64,000 nucleotides of DNA from an uncultured virus (IMG/VR IMGVR_UViG_3300044701_002172) (Duplodnaviria; Heunggongvirae; Uroviricota; Caudoviricetes), in the IMG/VR virus record IMGVR_UViG_3300044701_002172, positions 1 through 64,000 of that record; one strand, written 5' to 3'. The notes under the pieces were generated by a model. The model did no database searches. It saw only the letters and a program-made list of their open reading frames with translations, and had not been told where the DNA came from. Shown here piece by piece: positions 29,450-39,489 of the stretch. Position numbers and translations under genes: made by a program. Every line of letters begins with the position of its first letter. Within the stretch, counting starts at the first letter, position 1.

Positions 29450-29520
29450 GTGTTTCTCCTTAAGTAAGCGAGTTTTATTTGAACCCCATGTGGGCATTCA
29501 TTATTAATTATAACACGAGA

Positions 29521-29552
29521 CAAAAAAAGTGGGGTGTCGAAAACCCCACTTT
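29521..29552 (-). terminator. Intrinsic terminator
   Basis: AAAGTGGGGT...ACCCCACTTTTTTT. Confidence 0.75.
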
Positions 29553-29553
29553 A

Positions 29554-29679
29554 TTATACGGTCATTAGGATAATATATCCTTGTTTTCTATACCAATCAA
29601 GATGACTTTTCCCCCATGGTACGGTTAACCACTTAACTTGTTTGTCAGGTGTCATCACCATAAGGGTCATCATCCTCAT
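29554..29679 (-). CDS. 41-aa hypothetical protein
   Basis: MRMMTLMVMTPDKQVKWLTVPWGKSHLDWYRKQGYIILMTV; ATGA coupling to regA. Confidence 0.55.
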   Translation of the reverse strand: MRMMTLMVMTPDKQVKWLTVPWGKSHLDWYRKQGYIILMTV

Positions 29680-30098
29680 GATTCAGTTTTCTTTCTTCCA
29701 ATATTGTACTTGCTTTCAAGAGTCCACTCATCCTTTTCTTTAAATGAAAGAACTTTGATTTGATTGAGAGGAGCAACATCTTCAATCTTTCCAGGTTCAA
29801 CTACAGTGATGAGTCCCCAGTCAGATAAAAGTTGAATAATACGATTACGACGTTGAACATCATTCAACGAAAGGTTCGTATGCTTCCCATCAAGAGCAAA
29901 TAGTTCTTTGAAATGTACAATATAATATCTACCTTGCTTGTGTAGAATATGGCAAGATTGGTAGATCTTTTTTTCTTTACGTGAAGCAACACCGATTCTC
30001 GTAAGGGTTTCACGAACTTTCAAAAAGTCGTCTGGCTCTGCCAGAGAAACCTCTACCATATCAGATTGTTGCCACTGGATTTCAATATCAGTTGTCAT
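29676..30098 (-). CDS. regA: Translational repressor RegA
   Basis: DDFLKVRETLTRIG; YQSCHILHKQG; HFKELFALDG. Confidence 0.97.
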   Translation of the reverse strand: MTTDIEIQWQQSDMVEVSLAEPDDFLKVRETLTRIGVASRKEKKIYQSCHILHKQGRYYIVHFKELFALDGKHTNLSLNDVQRRNRIIQLLSDWGLITVVEPGKIEDVAPLNQIKVLSFKEKDEWTLESKYNIGRKKTES

Positions 30099-30481
30099 TT
30101 TGTTCCACCCTTATACAATGCTTTTTTTATAGCTTCAAGTTGATCTGTCGTAAGAATCTGTAATGCTTCGAGAGCTTTATTATGACTGTAACCATAATAC
30201 TCTTTCACCAATTCAAGATGCTCTAGAGTTTGTTTTTTAACCCAGGGACTAAATCGTTTCCTTGGTTTCAAAGTATTTATATAAAAGTCAAACTGAAGCT
30301 TCTTGTCTAGATGAGCATTCTTATTCATCTCATTAGCATACAGAATAGTATCTGTAAATGAAGACAAGCATTTGTTCACAATAAAAGGAGGATAACCTTT
30401 TACTGCTTCAGGGTCATCGTCAAGTATTTTCTTTTTTGTCTGATTGATTGAATTAAGATAATCTTTTAATTCGTACTTCAT
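30095..30481 (-). CDS. g62: Clamp loader small subunit gp62
   Basis: YPPFIVNKCLS; ANEMN; KRFSPW; synteny. Confidence 0.93.
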   Translation of the reverse strand: MKYELKDYLNSINQTKKKILDDDPEAVKGYPPFIVNKCLSSFTDTILYANEMNKNAHLDKKLQFDFYINTLKPRKRFSPWVKKQTLEHLELVKEYYGYSHNKALEALQILTTDQLEAIKKALYKGGTK

Positions 30482-30621
30482 TGAAATACAGCAGTTACAC
30501 CCATTACTTTAGCATTAGGATTACGAGCAAGAGCTACCTCACGAGCTTCTTGGTAATCTCTAGCTTCCACTTCCTCGTTAAAAACTTTACCAGCGACATA
30601 GAGTTGAACACGGCAGCGCAT
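30478..30621 (-). CDS. 47-aa hypothetical protein
   Basis: MRCRVQLYVAGKVFNEEVEARDYQEAREVALARNPNAKVMGVTAVFQ. Confidence 0.7.
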   Translation of the reverse strand: MRCRVQLYVAGKVFNEEVEARDYQEAREVALARNPNAKVMGVTAVFQ

Positions 30622-30623
30622 AA

Positions 30624-30869
30624 TTAAAATCCTCCTTGGGTTTCATCAATAATAGCAAGCAGAGAGATGTCGTCAAAGACCACGGGGACAGATTTGGAAG
30701 TGTCCCAATCTGGATGATGGTATTTCAAAAATTCACGAAAAGTCATTTTCATTTCTTTCTGAGTCATACCACAGTGAGCTGCCGCTGCTGGCAGATTCAT
30801 TGTGGAACGAAACAATCCCCAGTTTGCTTCAGCAACATTTTCTGGTGTGGTTTTCACTTTCAAATTCAT
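30624..30869 (-). CDS. Hypothetical protein (HTH-like)
   Basis: MNLPAAAAHCGMTQKEMK. Confidence 0.65.
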   Translation of the reverse strand: MNLKVKTTPENVAEANWGLFRSTMNLPAAAAHCGMTQKEMKMTFREFLKYHHPDWDTSKSVPVVFDDISLLAIIDETQGGF

Positions 30870-31813
30870 TTGAATTCACATCCCATCATAATTTCAGTAA
30901 GACATGCCAGAAGATTAATCTCTTGATCAGCAACCACAGTAATGTCTTTCATGTATTTGGCGATAATCAATACAGCTTCGGGAATATAAGGACCTTTGAG
31001 AGTGTCGTAAAGACAGTCATAAAGTTTCCTCATTACAATAGCTGGATCATTATCAACATTATCCACCACCCATTTTTTTACAGTAGTGAACTCTTTATTT
31101 TTCAACGATTTGATAAGATCATCCAGATTAATGTCGGCAATGTCAACAAGAATAGAAGAATCAATCCGTCCGTTGGCACTGTGTCTCTGTGTTTCATTAA
31201 TGAGTCTCCTCCAATCTGGATAATACCTCTTAATCAGTTTGATTAGAACTTTATCTTGATACTCAATTTGATTATCATCAAGAATATTTTTTAGTCGAAC
31301 ATAGAACTTTGCTTGTAACTTATCTTCTTCTGATTTCTTGATCTTGAAATCAACTACAGTACAACGAGAGTGTAGAGGTTCAATGATCTTGTTGGGAAAG
31401 TTACAAGTAAAGATGAATCGACAGTTGGTGTGGAACTCTTCCACGGCGGTCCTAAGCGAGAGCTGAACGTCCTGTGTGGTGTTGTCTGCCTCGTCAATAA
31501 TGACGACCTTGTGGGCGGCACCAGAGGTCAATGAGACAGTTGTGGCGAATTGCCTGACCTTGTTTCGAACCGTATCCAGGAAGCGTCCTTCGTCAGAACC
31601 ATTGATCACAATATAAGAAGCATCAATCTCATCACAGATTGCTTTAGCAACAGTGGTTTTGCCAATGCCAGCAGAACCACAAAAAAGGAGATTTGGGATC
31701 TCCTTCTGTTCGATAAAGCCTTTCAGTGAATCTTTAATGTTTACTGGAAGAATACAATCCTCAATAGTATGAGGACGATATTCTTCGACCCACAAAAATT
31801 TTTTATTCATCAA
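30866..31813 (-). CDS. g44: Clamp loader large subunit gp44
   Basis: WVEEYRP; GSAGIGKT; IIDEAD; SRC. Confidence 0.97.
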   Translation of the reverse strand: MMNKKFLWVEEYRPHTIEDCILPVNIKDSLKGFIEQKEIPNLLFCGSAGIGKTTVAKAICDEIDASYIVINGSDEGRFLDTVRNKVRQFATTVSLTSGAAHKVVIIDEADNTTQDVQLSLRTAVEEFHTNCRFIFTCNFPNKIIEPLHSRCTVVDFKIKKSEEDKLQAKFYVRLKNILDDNQIEYQDKVLIKLIKRYYPDWRRLINETQRHSANGRIDSSILVDIADINLDDLIKSLKNKEFTTVKKWVVDNVDNDPAIVMRKLYDCLYDTLKGPYIPEAVLIIAKYMKDITVVADQEINLLACLTEIMMGCEFK

Positions 31814-32478
31814 GGTTCAAGAGCAATGTAATACACAAGGGGAAGCGAACTATGTTTCCATTCAGTAATCAACTTACTGGAGATTTTTACATCATAGTTG
31901 CCAGGAACAAGATTAACATGCTCCATTTTCATTGTCAACTCATACTCGCCAGTGTTGTCTCCCAGGATTTCTTGAGCATACACGTTACTGGTTTCGTTTT
32001 CCCGATCACATAGGTTCAGTGATACCGTACCACCAGCAGATGATTTAAACACTAGATCAGGAATGCCGTAAACATTAGCTGCTTTACGGAGTGCTTCAAG
32101 TTCACTACTAGTAATAGAAAACTCGATGTCGGCACCAGGGAAGTTTACCTTACGATCGGGGGCAGTTTTGAGAGTGATCTCAGGATCGGAGAAGTAATAC
32201 TTGGCACTACGACCATCACCTCGAATTGTCAGATACTCAGCATTATTGAATTCAAGAACTGGATTCTGGAACAAAGACAGACCAGCAAGGAATTGATTCA
32301 AGTCATAGATAGCAAAGGTCTGAGGGAAAACTTCAGAACAATCATATTGAGAAATCAGATTCTCTCCAACATTAATTGTTTTGAGTTGAGATCCTTCACG
32401 AATTAGAATAGATCCATTGATAGTTGAATAGTTTTTCAGAACTTCTTTAGTTTGATTAGAAAGTGTTACTTTATTCAT
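31810..32478 (-). CDS. g45: Sliding clamp gp45
   Basis: LKNYSTINGSI; FAIYDLNQFL; YYIALE. Confidence 0.95.
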   Translation of the reverse strand: MNKVTLSNQTKEVLKNYSTINGSILIREGSQLKTINVGENLISQYDCSEVFPQTFAIYDLNQFLAGLSLFQNPVLEFNNAEYLTIRGDGRSAKYYFSDPEITLKTAPDRKVNFPGADIEFSITSSELEALRKAANVYGIPDLVFKSSAGGTVSLNLCDRENETSNVYAQEILGDNTGEYELTMKMEHVNLVPGNYDVKISSKLITEWKHSSLPLVYYIALEP

Positions 32479-32783
32479 TTAAACTCCTGGAGACCGTTTT
32501 CAGTGCGAGAATAGTGCCGATCAAAGTGAAGCAGCAGCATGGCATAATGAATAACTTTAAGAAGGTCTCGTTTGTTAAGCCCATCCTTGTCGCCATATCG
32601 GCTGCCATACTTAAGGATGTTTGCTTGACAAAAGGAGGCAGCAAGACCTTTAGCTGCCATCAAGTCAATCGTTTGTATATCAGCATATCCTTGTTCGTCA
32701 CCACAGTAGTGACCGTGATATGTACTCAACACATAATCTTCAATGTCTTTGAGGATTCTCTCCTCGTTGTATTTCCACTGCAT
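32475..32783 (-). CDS. DUF3310-like protein
   Basis: TYHGHY; FCQANILKY.SRYGDKDG; DLLKVIHYA. Confidence 0.75.
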   Translation of the reverse strand: MQWKYNEERILKDIEDYVLSTYHGHYCGDEQGYADIQTIDLMAAKGLAASFCQANILKYGSRYGDKDGLNKRDLLKVIHYAMLLLHFDRHYSRTENGLQEFK

Positions 32784-32784
32784 T

Positions 32785-32952
32785 TCATTCCTCCATAACA
32801 TACTGTAGATCTTCATGATAGCATTCTTTAAGTGTTCCGTCAAGTGTCTTCACAAATAGTTTGAATTCATGACCACCCAAAATCTTGACGGAATTGCCGT
32901 CCCGAAGAACGGCAATGTTGCCAATGTAACCGTGAAACTCAGACTTCTTCAT
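32785..32952 (-). CDS. Hypothetical protein
   Basis: Likely start MKKSEFHG; fills intergenic gap. Confidence 0.6.
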   Translation of the reverse strand: MKKSEFHGYIGNIAVLRDGNSVKILGGHEFKLFVKTLDGTLKECYHEDLQYVMEE

Positions 32953-34075
32953 TCTCAGTTTCTTGTTGAATTTGAGAATCCTGTTCGGCACCAACACTGG
33001 CATCAATTTTGTCATACAGTTCCATGAAACTAGTCTTGGTTTCATCATCAAAGCGATTCACACAAACTTGAATTGCTTTCATACGCTTACCAAAAATACT
33101 GTAAGCACGAACGATGTGAGTCAGGCGACGAGTAGAGATTACTTCATCTACACCACCATCCTTAAAAGTTTTACGGATGATATCTGCCCAAGCAGCAAGC
33201 TTCCCACAGAACTCTTCATCAAGACAACCAAGCTTAGCAGAAAGCTTTTCAAGAATCTTCTGCTCAGTCTTGGGAGCAGGATAATCCTGCTCAAAGGTGA
33301 GAGCAAATCGCTCAAGGAATGCTTCGTTCAGAACGTTAGTGCCGATAAAGCGACCATCATCAGAACCCTTTCCCTTTGTGTTGGCAGTGGCAACGATAGT
33401 GAAACCAGCAGCAGGCTTCACGTAACGACCAGTTTTTTTCAGGAACACACCCTTGCCTTCGAGGATGGATTGGAGACACAAGATCTTGTTGGAAGCAAGA
33501 TCAACTTCATCAAGAAGAAGAACAGCTCCACGCTCAAGTGCTTCAATCACAGGACCATTGTGCCACACAGTTTCTCCGTTGATCAGGCGGAAACCACCAA
33601 TCAAATCGTCTTCATCAGTTTCAATAGTGATGTTGACACGAATCAATTCACGCTTCAGCTGAGCACAAGCTTGCTCTACGCCGAAAGTTTTGCCGTTGCC
33701 AGACATACCAGTGATAAAGATAGGGTAAAACAACCCAGAAGAAATAATTTTCTTAACATCACTAAAATTACCAAAGCTGACGAAGTTAGCATCTTTATCA
33801 GGAATCAGGTTTTCACGGTGAATCACAACATGCTCTACCGCCTGCTCAGCAGGTTCAGCAGCAGGAGCATGATAAGTATTTTCAATATCTTGAGCAGTCA
33901 GGTTCCAACGACCATGACCAGTTTTAAAAGTTTCTAGACGCTTGGCAATAGTGGGATAAGAACTACCAAATTCAGCAGCAGCAGCAATTACAGCGTTGCT
34001 ACCAAAGTCTTCCCCAAAATGAGTAGAAATATAAGCGATAAGAGCTTCTTGTTCAATGTTTGCTTTACGAGCCAT
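32939..34075 (-). CDS. cobS: CobS-like / MoxR-type AAA+ ATPase
   Basis: GMSGNGKT; LLLDEVD; TANTKGKG; NEAFLERF; STRRL. Confidence 0.9.
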   Translation of the reverse strand: MARKANIEQEALIAYISTHFGEDFGSNAVIAAAAEFGSSYPTIAKRLETFKTGHGRWNLTAQDIENTYHAPAAEPAEQAVEHVVIHRENLIPDKDANFVSFGNFSDVKKIISSGLFYPIFITGMSGNGKTFGVEQACAQLKRELIRVNITIETDEDDLIGGFRLINGETVWHNGPVIEALERGAVLLLDEVDLASNKILCLQSILEGKGVFLKKTGRYVKPAAGFTIVATANTKGKGSDDGRFIGTNVLNEAFLERFALTFEQDYPAPKTEQKILEKLSAKLGCLDEEFCGKLAAWADIIRKTFKDGGVDEVISTRRLTHIVRAYSIFGKRMKAIQVCVNRFDDETKTSFMELYDKIDASVGAEQDSQIQQETENEEV

Positions 34076-34158
34076 GATAAGTAATCTCCGTTGTGGATGA
34101 AGTAATTATAGCAGAGGTGGGGCACTGGGGTGTGCCCCATGGACGGTTTGGGAACTGG

Positions 34159-36390
34159 TTAGGAAACCAGAGTGGTGAAAGAAGACAGAAGCTTTTTGTT
34201 TGTCGTCTTCTTCTTAAGCATAGTACGGAATGCTCGTCCGATGTCAGCTGTAGTGGCCTCCTCCTCAACTGTCATAGCGACAGTGCCAGCAGATAGGTTG
34301 TTAGAAGCTACCACGTAAAGAGCATCATATCCAATACCATTAATTTCACATGAACGCTCTTTCTTCCAAATTTTCATGAGATCGGAAGAATCTTGTCCGT
34401 GCTCATCTTTGTTAAAGTTTTTAGTCAATTGATAAAAACTACCACCACCCATGATTCGAAAACCAATCAAATTAACTTCAGGAAAATTATCTTTAAGGTT
34501 TTCCAAAAGAATGGCAGTCATATCGCTACTCGAATTACCAAAATCAAAGTTACGATAAACGTGACCAATCTTACGATCACGAAGAGCATTAATGCTACTC
34601 ACGTAATTGTGACCAAGATAGTTGTAGTTAGAACCATGACGATTTTTTAGATTGACATTGTAGTTCAGGTTGTTACCTTCGCCATCAGTCAAAATAACAA
34701 CATTAACTTTCTGAAGTTTGTTGTTTGTTTTAAACTGAGGAATGATCTGATGAAGAGCAATGATAGATTCATTAAGCGGAGTGCCACTAAGATCCATACC
34801 CGCTGGAATGCTAAAAGAATTATTCATGTGGTAATGAGAATCCTCCCGACAAGCAAGACGCCACAGGTTAAGGATACACTGATCCAGAACTTTGGTATTG
34901 GCACGAGAGCTGAGGAAGTTCATCAAACGGAATCGGTTATGAACATCAATAATACCATCATCCTGTTTATGGAGTTTTTTAGGAGCGGCGTAGCTACTAT
35001 CAACATAAGCATTAGACCACTCGTAAGTAAATCCATATACTTCAAAAGGAATTTGAACTTTTTTACAGAACCACACAAGGTTCAACAGTTGCTTGACAGT
35101 ATCCAGCAGATAGTCGGACATAGAACCAGACCAATCAAGAATAAAAACCAGACCATGATTCTTTCCATCAGCAACCACAGAAATCTTACGGAAGATATCT
35201 TCGTTATACTTGTAAGTATGAAGCTTACTGGTGTCAAGAGTTCCAGTACGAGCCGTGGACATACGCTGATAAGCGTCTGCTGACTTCTTCATTTCAAACT
35301 CTTTAACCAGATAGTTCACTTCTTTCTGAGATTCAGTTTTATATTTACGATAATCAGCATCCACTTTAGTGAAAATACTTTTATCAGGACCATAGGTAAA
35401 AGAGTATTTTCGATCAGATTCTTCAAAGCAATCGTTCATATAGGCCATGAGCATTTTGTAATCAGCAATTACGTGATTCAAATTAAGTTCTGGACGTTCA
35501 ACATAATAAGTTTCTTGACCAGAATACCCAGACAGGTTTTGAGCTTTTTCATCAAAAGCTTGTTGAGTTTTAGAAATTTGCTCGTCAGTAGATTCAGTAG
35601 GACCACCGCCTTCATTACTGTCAGCAGTGTTGTCGTTAGGACCACTGCCTTTGCTACCAGAATTGTTATCGTTTTTTTCTTGATTTTCGGATTCGTTAGA
35701 ACCACTGCCACCTTGTCCACCTTCGATCTGAGTGCCTTCACCACTAACCTGAACCTGTTGATCAGATTCACCTTGATTAGATTGACTATCGCCAGCTACA
35801 ATCTCGCTGTTAGCAGGAAGATTTGCAGAATCCTGAGCTTCTTGTTTAATGTAACGCTGAAGCTCTTCACAAATGTAAAGAACCTGATCAAAAGTTTCTG
35901 CCTGCTCAATCATTTCAATGAAAGCAGATTCACGCTCATTGAAAGGCATCCGAGCATAAGCACCAACCTTAAAATGAAGATTGATTCGATCAATCAAAGA
36001 TAGATCATTAAGATCTTCATCAGCAATGCTGAAGAAATCATCATCGTTCAGTTCTTTATACCCGTTGTAGAAAGTACGAGCAAGACCAGGAAACTTACGC
36101 TTCATGAGTTTCTCGATACGAGCATCTTCCACAACGTTCACAAAATCTTTAGGAACATCATCGGGAACTTTAGTAGTCCAATCTTCATTTGGAGTATAGA
36201 TAGCATGTCCCACTTCATGACCCACCAGAAGGTCGTAGACGACGCTAGAAGCCCTGTTCCAGATCGGAAGGGTCAGTACACGCCGAAGCACATCAAAGGA
36301 CGCTGTAGGGACCCTCTTGTGCTCAATGATGAGGTTTTCGGTAGCCAGCAGTTTGGCAAGAGTGCCTTTGACTTCGTGGTTAACGGACAT
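34159..36390 (-). CDS. CobT-like metallopeptidase-VWA protein
   Basis: HEVGH; NVVEDARIE; MIDAS DWSGSM, GTPL, LTDGE. Confidence 0.85.
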   Translation of the reverse strand: MSVNHEVKGTLAKLLATENLIIEHKRVPTASFDVLRRVLTLPIWNRASSVVYDLLVGHEVGHAIYTPNEDWTTKVPDDVPKDFVNVVEDARIEKLMKRKFPGLARTFYNGYKELNDDDFFSIADEDLNDLSLIDRINLHFKVGAYARMPFNERESAFIEMIEQAETFDQVLYICEELQRYIKQEAQDSANLPANSEIVAGDSQSNQGESDQQVQVSGEGTQIEGGQGGSGSNESENQEKNDNNSGSKGSGPNDNTADSNEGGGPTESTDEQISKTQQAFDEKAQNLSGYSGQETYYVERPELNLNHVIADYKMLMAYMNDCFEESDRKYSFTYGPDKSIFTKVDADYRKYKTESQKEVNYLVKEFEMKKSADAYQRMSTARTGTLDTSKLHTYKYNEDIFRKISVVADGKNHGLVFILDWSGSMSDYLLDTVKQLLNLVWFCKKVQIPFEVYGFTYEWSNAYVDSSYAAPKKLHKQDDGIIDVHNRFRLMNFLSSRANTKVLDQCILNLWRLACREDSHYHMNNSFSIPAGMDLSGTPLNESIIALHQIIPQFKTNNKLQKVNVVILTDGEGNNLNYNVNLKNRHGSNYNYLGHNYVSSINALRDRKIGHVYRNFDFGNSSSDMTAILLENLKDNFPEVNLIGFRIMGGGSFYQLTKNFNKDEHGQDSSDLMKIWKKERSCEINGIGYDALYVVASNNLSAGTVAMTVEEEATTADIGRAFRTMLKKKTTNKKLLSSFTTLVS

Positions 36391-36437
36391 TGGTTTCGTT
36401 TGAACTGACGTTATTGTAGTACAAAAAAAGGAGGGTG

Positions 36438-38177
36438 TTACCCCTCCTGTGCCACTTCATTAACTGTCTCTCGGACAGTGCTAAAGTTTTTAATTTTTTC
36501 ACACTTCCAAGTTTTATCAAACTTCTCTTCCATGCCTTCCTTGTGAGAGATTACAAACACGTTCGTGTTCTCATCAAAGTTTTTCAGAATCCATCCTAGC
36601 TCACTAGTGCCTGATTGGTCAAGCGATCCATCAAAGATTTCATCTAGGATCAAGAGGTTAGTATCCACGCTACTCTTAAGCTTAGCAATAGCTCTCCAAG
36701 TAAGCAGAAGAGCGATATCAATACGAGCTTTTTCTCCTTCAGAAAATGATTCATACGAAAATGAGTCCCTATAACGTGATTTAATTGTCTCTTCAAAACT
36801 CTCGTTCAATGTAAAATTTACATAAAAATCCATGTTCTGAAGATACTCATTAATGAGTTTATTCATTACAGGAAGATAACGTTTGATGATTCTGGTTTTG
36901 ATGCCGTTGTCTTTAAGTAGTTGACTAGCAGCCAGAAGACAATCACGTTCTTCCTTAACAGCAATCATTTGATTTTTGGATTCATGTAAAGCTTTTTCTA
37001 AACCCTGAAGTTTAGAATCTTCTTCATTTCGATTGGAGTTGTTGTTCTGTAGATCAGAAATTTCTCGCTGAAGATCTTGAATCTGTGACTGGTATGAACT
37101 GATTTGAAACTGATGGATTTGAATGTCGTTAAAAAGACTCGTCCACTTTTTACTCAATTCGGTGAAATTAGATTCTCGTTCTTCCTCAAGTTTGATAGCT
37201 AGTTCCATTTCTTCCATACCCTGCTTGAGTTCTTTAATAGAATTCATAATCTCAGCTACTTTAGTATCACGAAGTTCTTCGTGAATATGCTGAGTACATG
37301 TGGGGCAAGTAGTGTTCTCTGTAAAGAACTGATGTTCTTTTTTATGAGACGTGAACTTCTGCTGAATTTTACCACGAAGGTTTCCGAGCTTTTTTAGTTT
37401 AGTAGTAGCGTTAGAAAACTCTTCCATTTCTTGCTTGATAGATCCAGATTCTTGATTAAGTTGATCAAGTTTAACGGATACATCTTTCTCAAGTTTAGTA
37501 AAATGAAATACTTTATTGTTCTTTTCTTGAATATCGTTTTGATTTTGAAGATCAAGATTAGCAATAAAGTTCTTCTGCATCGTAACCTTTTCTTGAAGAA
37601 GATCTATCTGATAGTCACGATCTTTAATATCATCATTGGCAAACTTAAGCTTCTCTTTCAAGTTAACATTCATCACCGAAAAAATTTGAATGTCGAGAAT
37701 GTCTTCGATAATTTCCCTTCGTGATGCCAGTGGCAATCTCATAAATGGAACAAAAGTAGAAGAACCAAGAACGACAATCTGAGTGAATGATTTGTAGTTC
37801 ATCTTAAGAATGTTCTTCTCAAGATAGTTTTGATAATCTGCCGTAGAAGATGATTGATCAAGCAACACACCGTTCTGCCAAACTTCGAAAATGGCTGGCT
37901 TAATCCCACGTACAATTTTGAATTGATTTTTTCCCGACTCAAACTCAATCTCTGTAACAAGATCAGAACCATTGACACTGTTCAGAAGCATCGGCTTGTT
38001 GATCTTTCGGAATGGTTTCCCGAATAGAGAAAACGTTAGAGCATCTAGGATGGTGCTTTTACCAGCTCCATTGGTTCCTACAATCAGATTAGTTTTTGCT
38101 CCATTCAAATTAAATTCTGTAAAGGTGTTACCCGTAGAAAGAAAATTCTTCCATTTCAATTTTTTAAAAACAATCAT
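36438..38177 (-). CDS. g46: Recombination endonuclease ATPase gp46
   Basis: GTNGAGKS; CPTC zinc hook; FSEGEK; LILDEIFD. Confidence 0.96.
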   Translation of the reverse strand: MIVFKKLKWKNFLSTGNTFTEFNLNGAKTNLIVGTNGAGKSTILDALTFSLFGKPFRKINKPMLLNSVNGSDLVTEIEFESGKNQFKIVRGIKPAIFEVWQNGVLLDQSSSTADYQNYLEKNILKMNYKSFTQIVVLGSSTFVPFMRLPLASRREIIEDILDIQIFSVMNVNLKEKLKFANDDIKDRDYQIDLLQEKVTMQKNFIANLDLQNQNDIQEKNNKVFHFTKLEKDVSVKLDQLNQESGSIKQEMEEFSNATTKLKKLGNLRGKIQQKFTSHKKEHQFFTENTTCPTCTQHIHEELRDTKVAEIMNSIKELKQGMEEMELAIKLEEERESNFTELSKKWTSLFNDIQIHQFQISSYQSQIQDLQREISDLQNNNSNRNEEDSKLQGLEKALHESKNQMIAVKEERDCLLAASQLLKDNGIKTRIIKRYLPVMNKLINEYLQNMDFYVNFTLNESFEETIKSRYRDSFSYESFSEGEKARIDIALLLTWRAIAKLKSSVDTNLLILDEIFDGSLDQSGTSELGWILKNFDENTNVFVISHKEGMEEKFDKTWKCEKIKNFSTVRETVNEVAQEG

Positions 38178-38443
38178 ACTAACTCAGTAGGAGGAACAAT
38201 AAAATCATCTTCGGTGATTATAGCATATTTTTGATCTCGCTCACGGCAAGCATTTACAATTACGTCTTCTGGAATTTCTACAACTTGTAATTTATATTTT
38301 TCTGTTTGTATTTCAAGTTGCTCTTGATATCGTTCAGCGTCATCTTCACACTCAAAAATAGGAATAATTTGTTCTCCGTTAGTGTCGTCAATAACAGAAA
38401 ATACTCCCTCTGGTTTATTTTTAAGTGTGAGAATAAACATCAT
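38174..38443 (-). CDS. Hypothetical protein
   Basis: 89 aa between g46 and g47 with coupled overlaps. Confidence 0.75.
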   Translation of the reverse strand: MMFILTLKNKPEGVFSVIDDTNGEQIIPIFECEDDAERYQEQLEIQTEKYKLQVVEIPEDVIVNACRERDQKYAIITEDDFIVPPTELV

Positions 38444-39489
38444 ACTACTTCACAGCTTTCAATATATAGTGACTTCATAATATTTTTAAGTTGATTTTTA
38501 TTCACAGAAATTTCTACATCATCAATATATTCATTGAGAAGAGAAAGCGTATCCTTGGCTTCGAGATCAGCATCAACGTGTTTGACCGAATCCTTTTCGA
38601 CTAATGTTTCAACTACTTTTAAATCATGAACACCAACATCAAATAATGCTTCAATTGTTTTTTCAAATCTAAAATAATCAGTTTTGTTTTCTACGATAAC
38701 TTTAACAAAAGTGTTTGAATACTCACTGGGATTGATGCTGAAATTAGGATCAGCATCATCATAATAAATTTTTTGGAAAATTTCGTATGGGTTCTTGACG
38801 AAAGATAACTTGTTGGATGTCGGTTCATACAGGTGAAAGCCTCGTGGATCTTTGTAATCATTCCAGAACATCTGGTATGGATTGCCAAGATAAGTGACAT
38901 TACCCTTTCTTGACTTATGGTGAAAGTGTCCAGAAAACACTTGCTTAAATTTGATAAACACATCTGGGTCCATACCACCTTCGTGAACAAGACCAGGAGA
39001 AACTTCAAACCCGTTTAGTTCAAGATGCCCCATTACAACTTTAGCAGTTGTTTGCTTTAGATGTTGATGAACTTCAGCTTCATTCTCAGAATTGATCCAA
39101 GGGAGCATACAGATAGGAACACCTTCAATAACTGTGGTGGTGGGCTTTGAGTAGACGATGATGTTGTCATAGTCAGAAAGAAGTAGATCTGGAGAATTTA
39201 TATCATTTGTGTTCTTATAATAAACATCATGATTTCCCGTAATCATATGAAGGGTGATACCAAGGTCACGGATACGATCAAAATAATAGCGGCGAATACG
39301 ATTCCAAACATTAAAATCAATGCCCTTACGATTATCAAACGTATCTCCGAGATCGATAATGGTAGATATTCCCTGTTGTTGAAGAGTCGGAAAAAATACT
39401 TCATTATAAAATTCCAAAAAGTATTCCCAAAAAATCACACTACCTTTACGACCGTCGAGATGCTGGTCAGTAATAAGAGCTACTGTCAT
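38440..39489 (-). CDS. g47: Recombination endonuclease gp47
   Basis: TDQH; LGDTFD; GNHD; SGHFH phosphoesterase motifs. Confidence 0.96.
   Translation of the reverse strand: MTVALITDQHLDGRKGSVIFWEYFLEFYNEVFFPTLQQQGISTIIDLGDTFDNRKGIDFNVWNRIRRYYFDRIRDLGITLHMITGNHDVYYKNTNDINSPDLLLSDYDNIIVYSKPTTTVIEGVPICMLPWINSENEAEVHQHLKQTTAKVVMGHLELNGFEVSPGLVHEGGMDPDVFIKFKQVFSGHFHHKSRKGNVTYLGNPYQMFWNDYKDPRGFHLYEPTSNKLSFVKNPYEIFQKIYYDDADPNFSINPSEYSNTFVKVIVENKTDYFRFEKTIEALFDVGVHDLKVVETLVEKDSVKHVDADLEAKDTLSLLNEYIDDVEISVNKNQLKNIMKSLYIESCEVV

Noticed and set aside
32963..33937. 324-aa + strand ORF
   Set aside because: Antisense shadow of cobS with no recognisable motifs; the same applies to the many other short antisense or nested ORFs
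32939..36390. cobS/cobT-like pair as a cobalamin biosynthesis module
   Set aside because: No cobN or other cob genes in the window; more consistent with a generic MoxR AAA+/VWA chaperone pair
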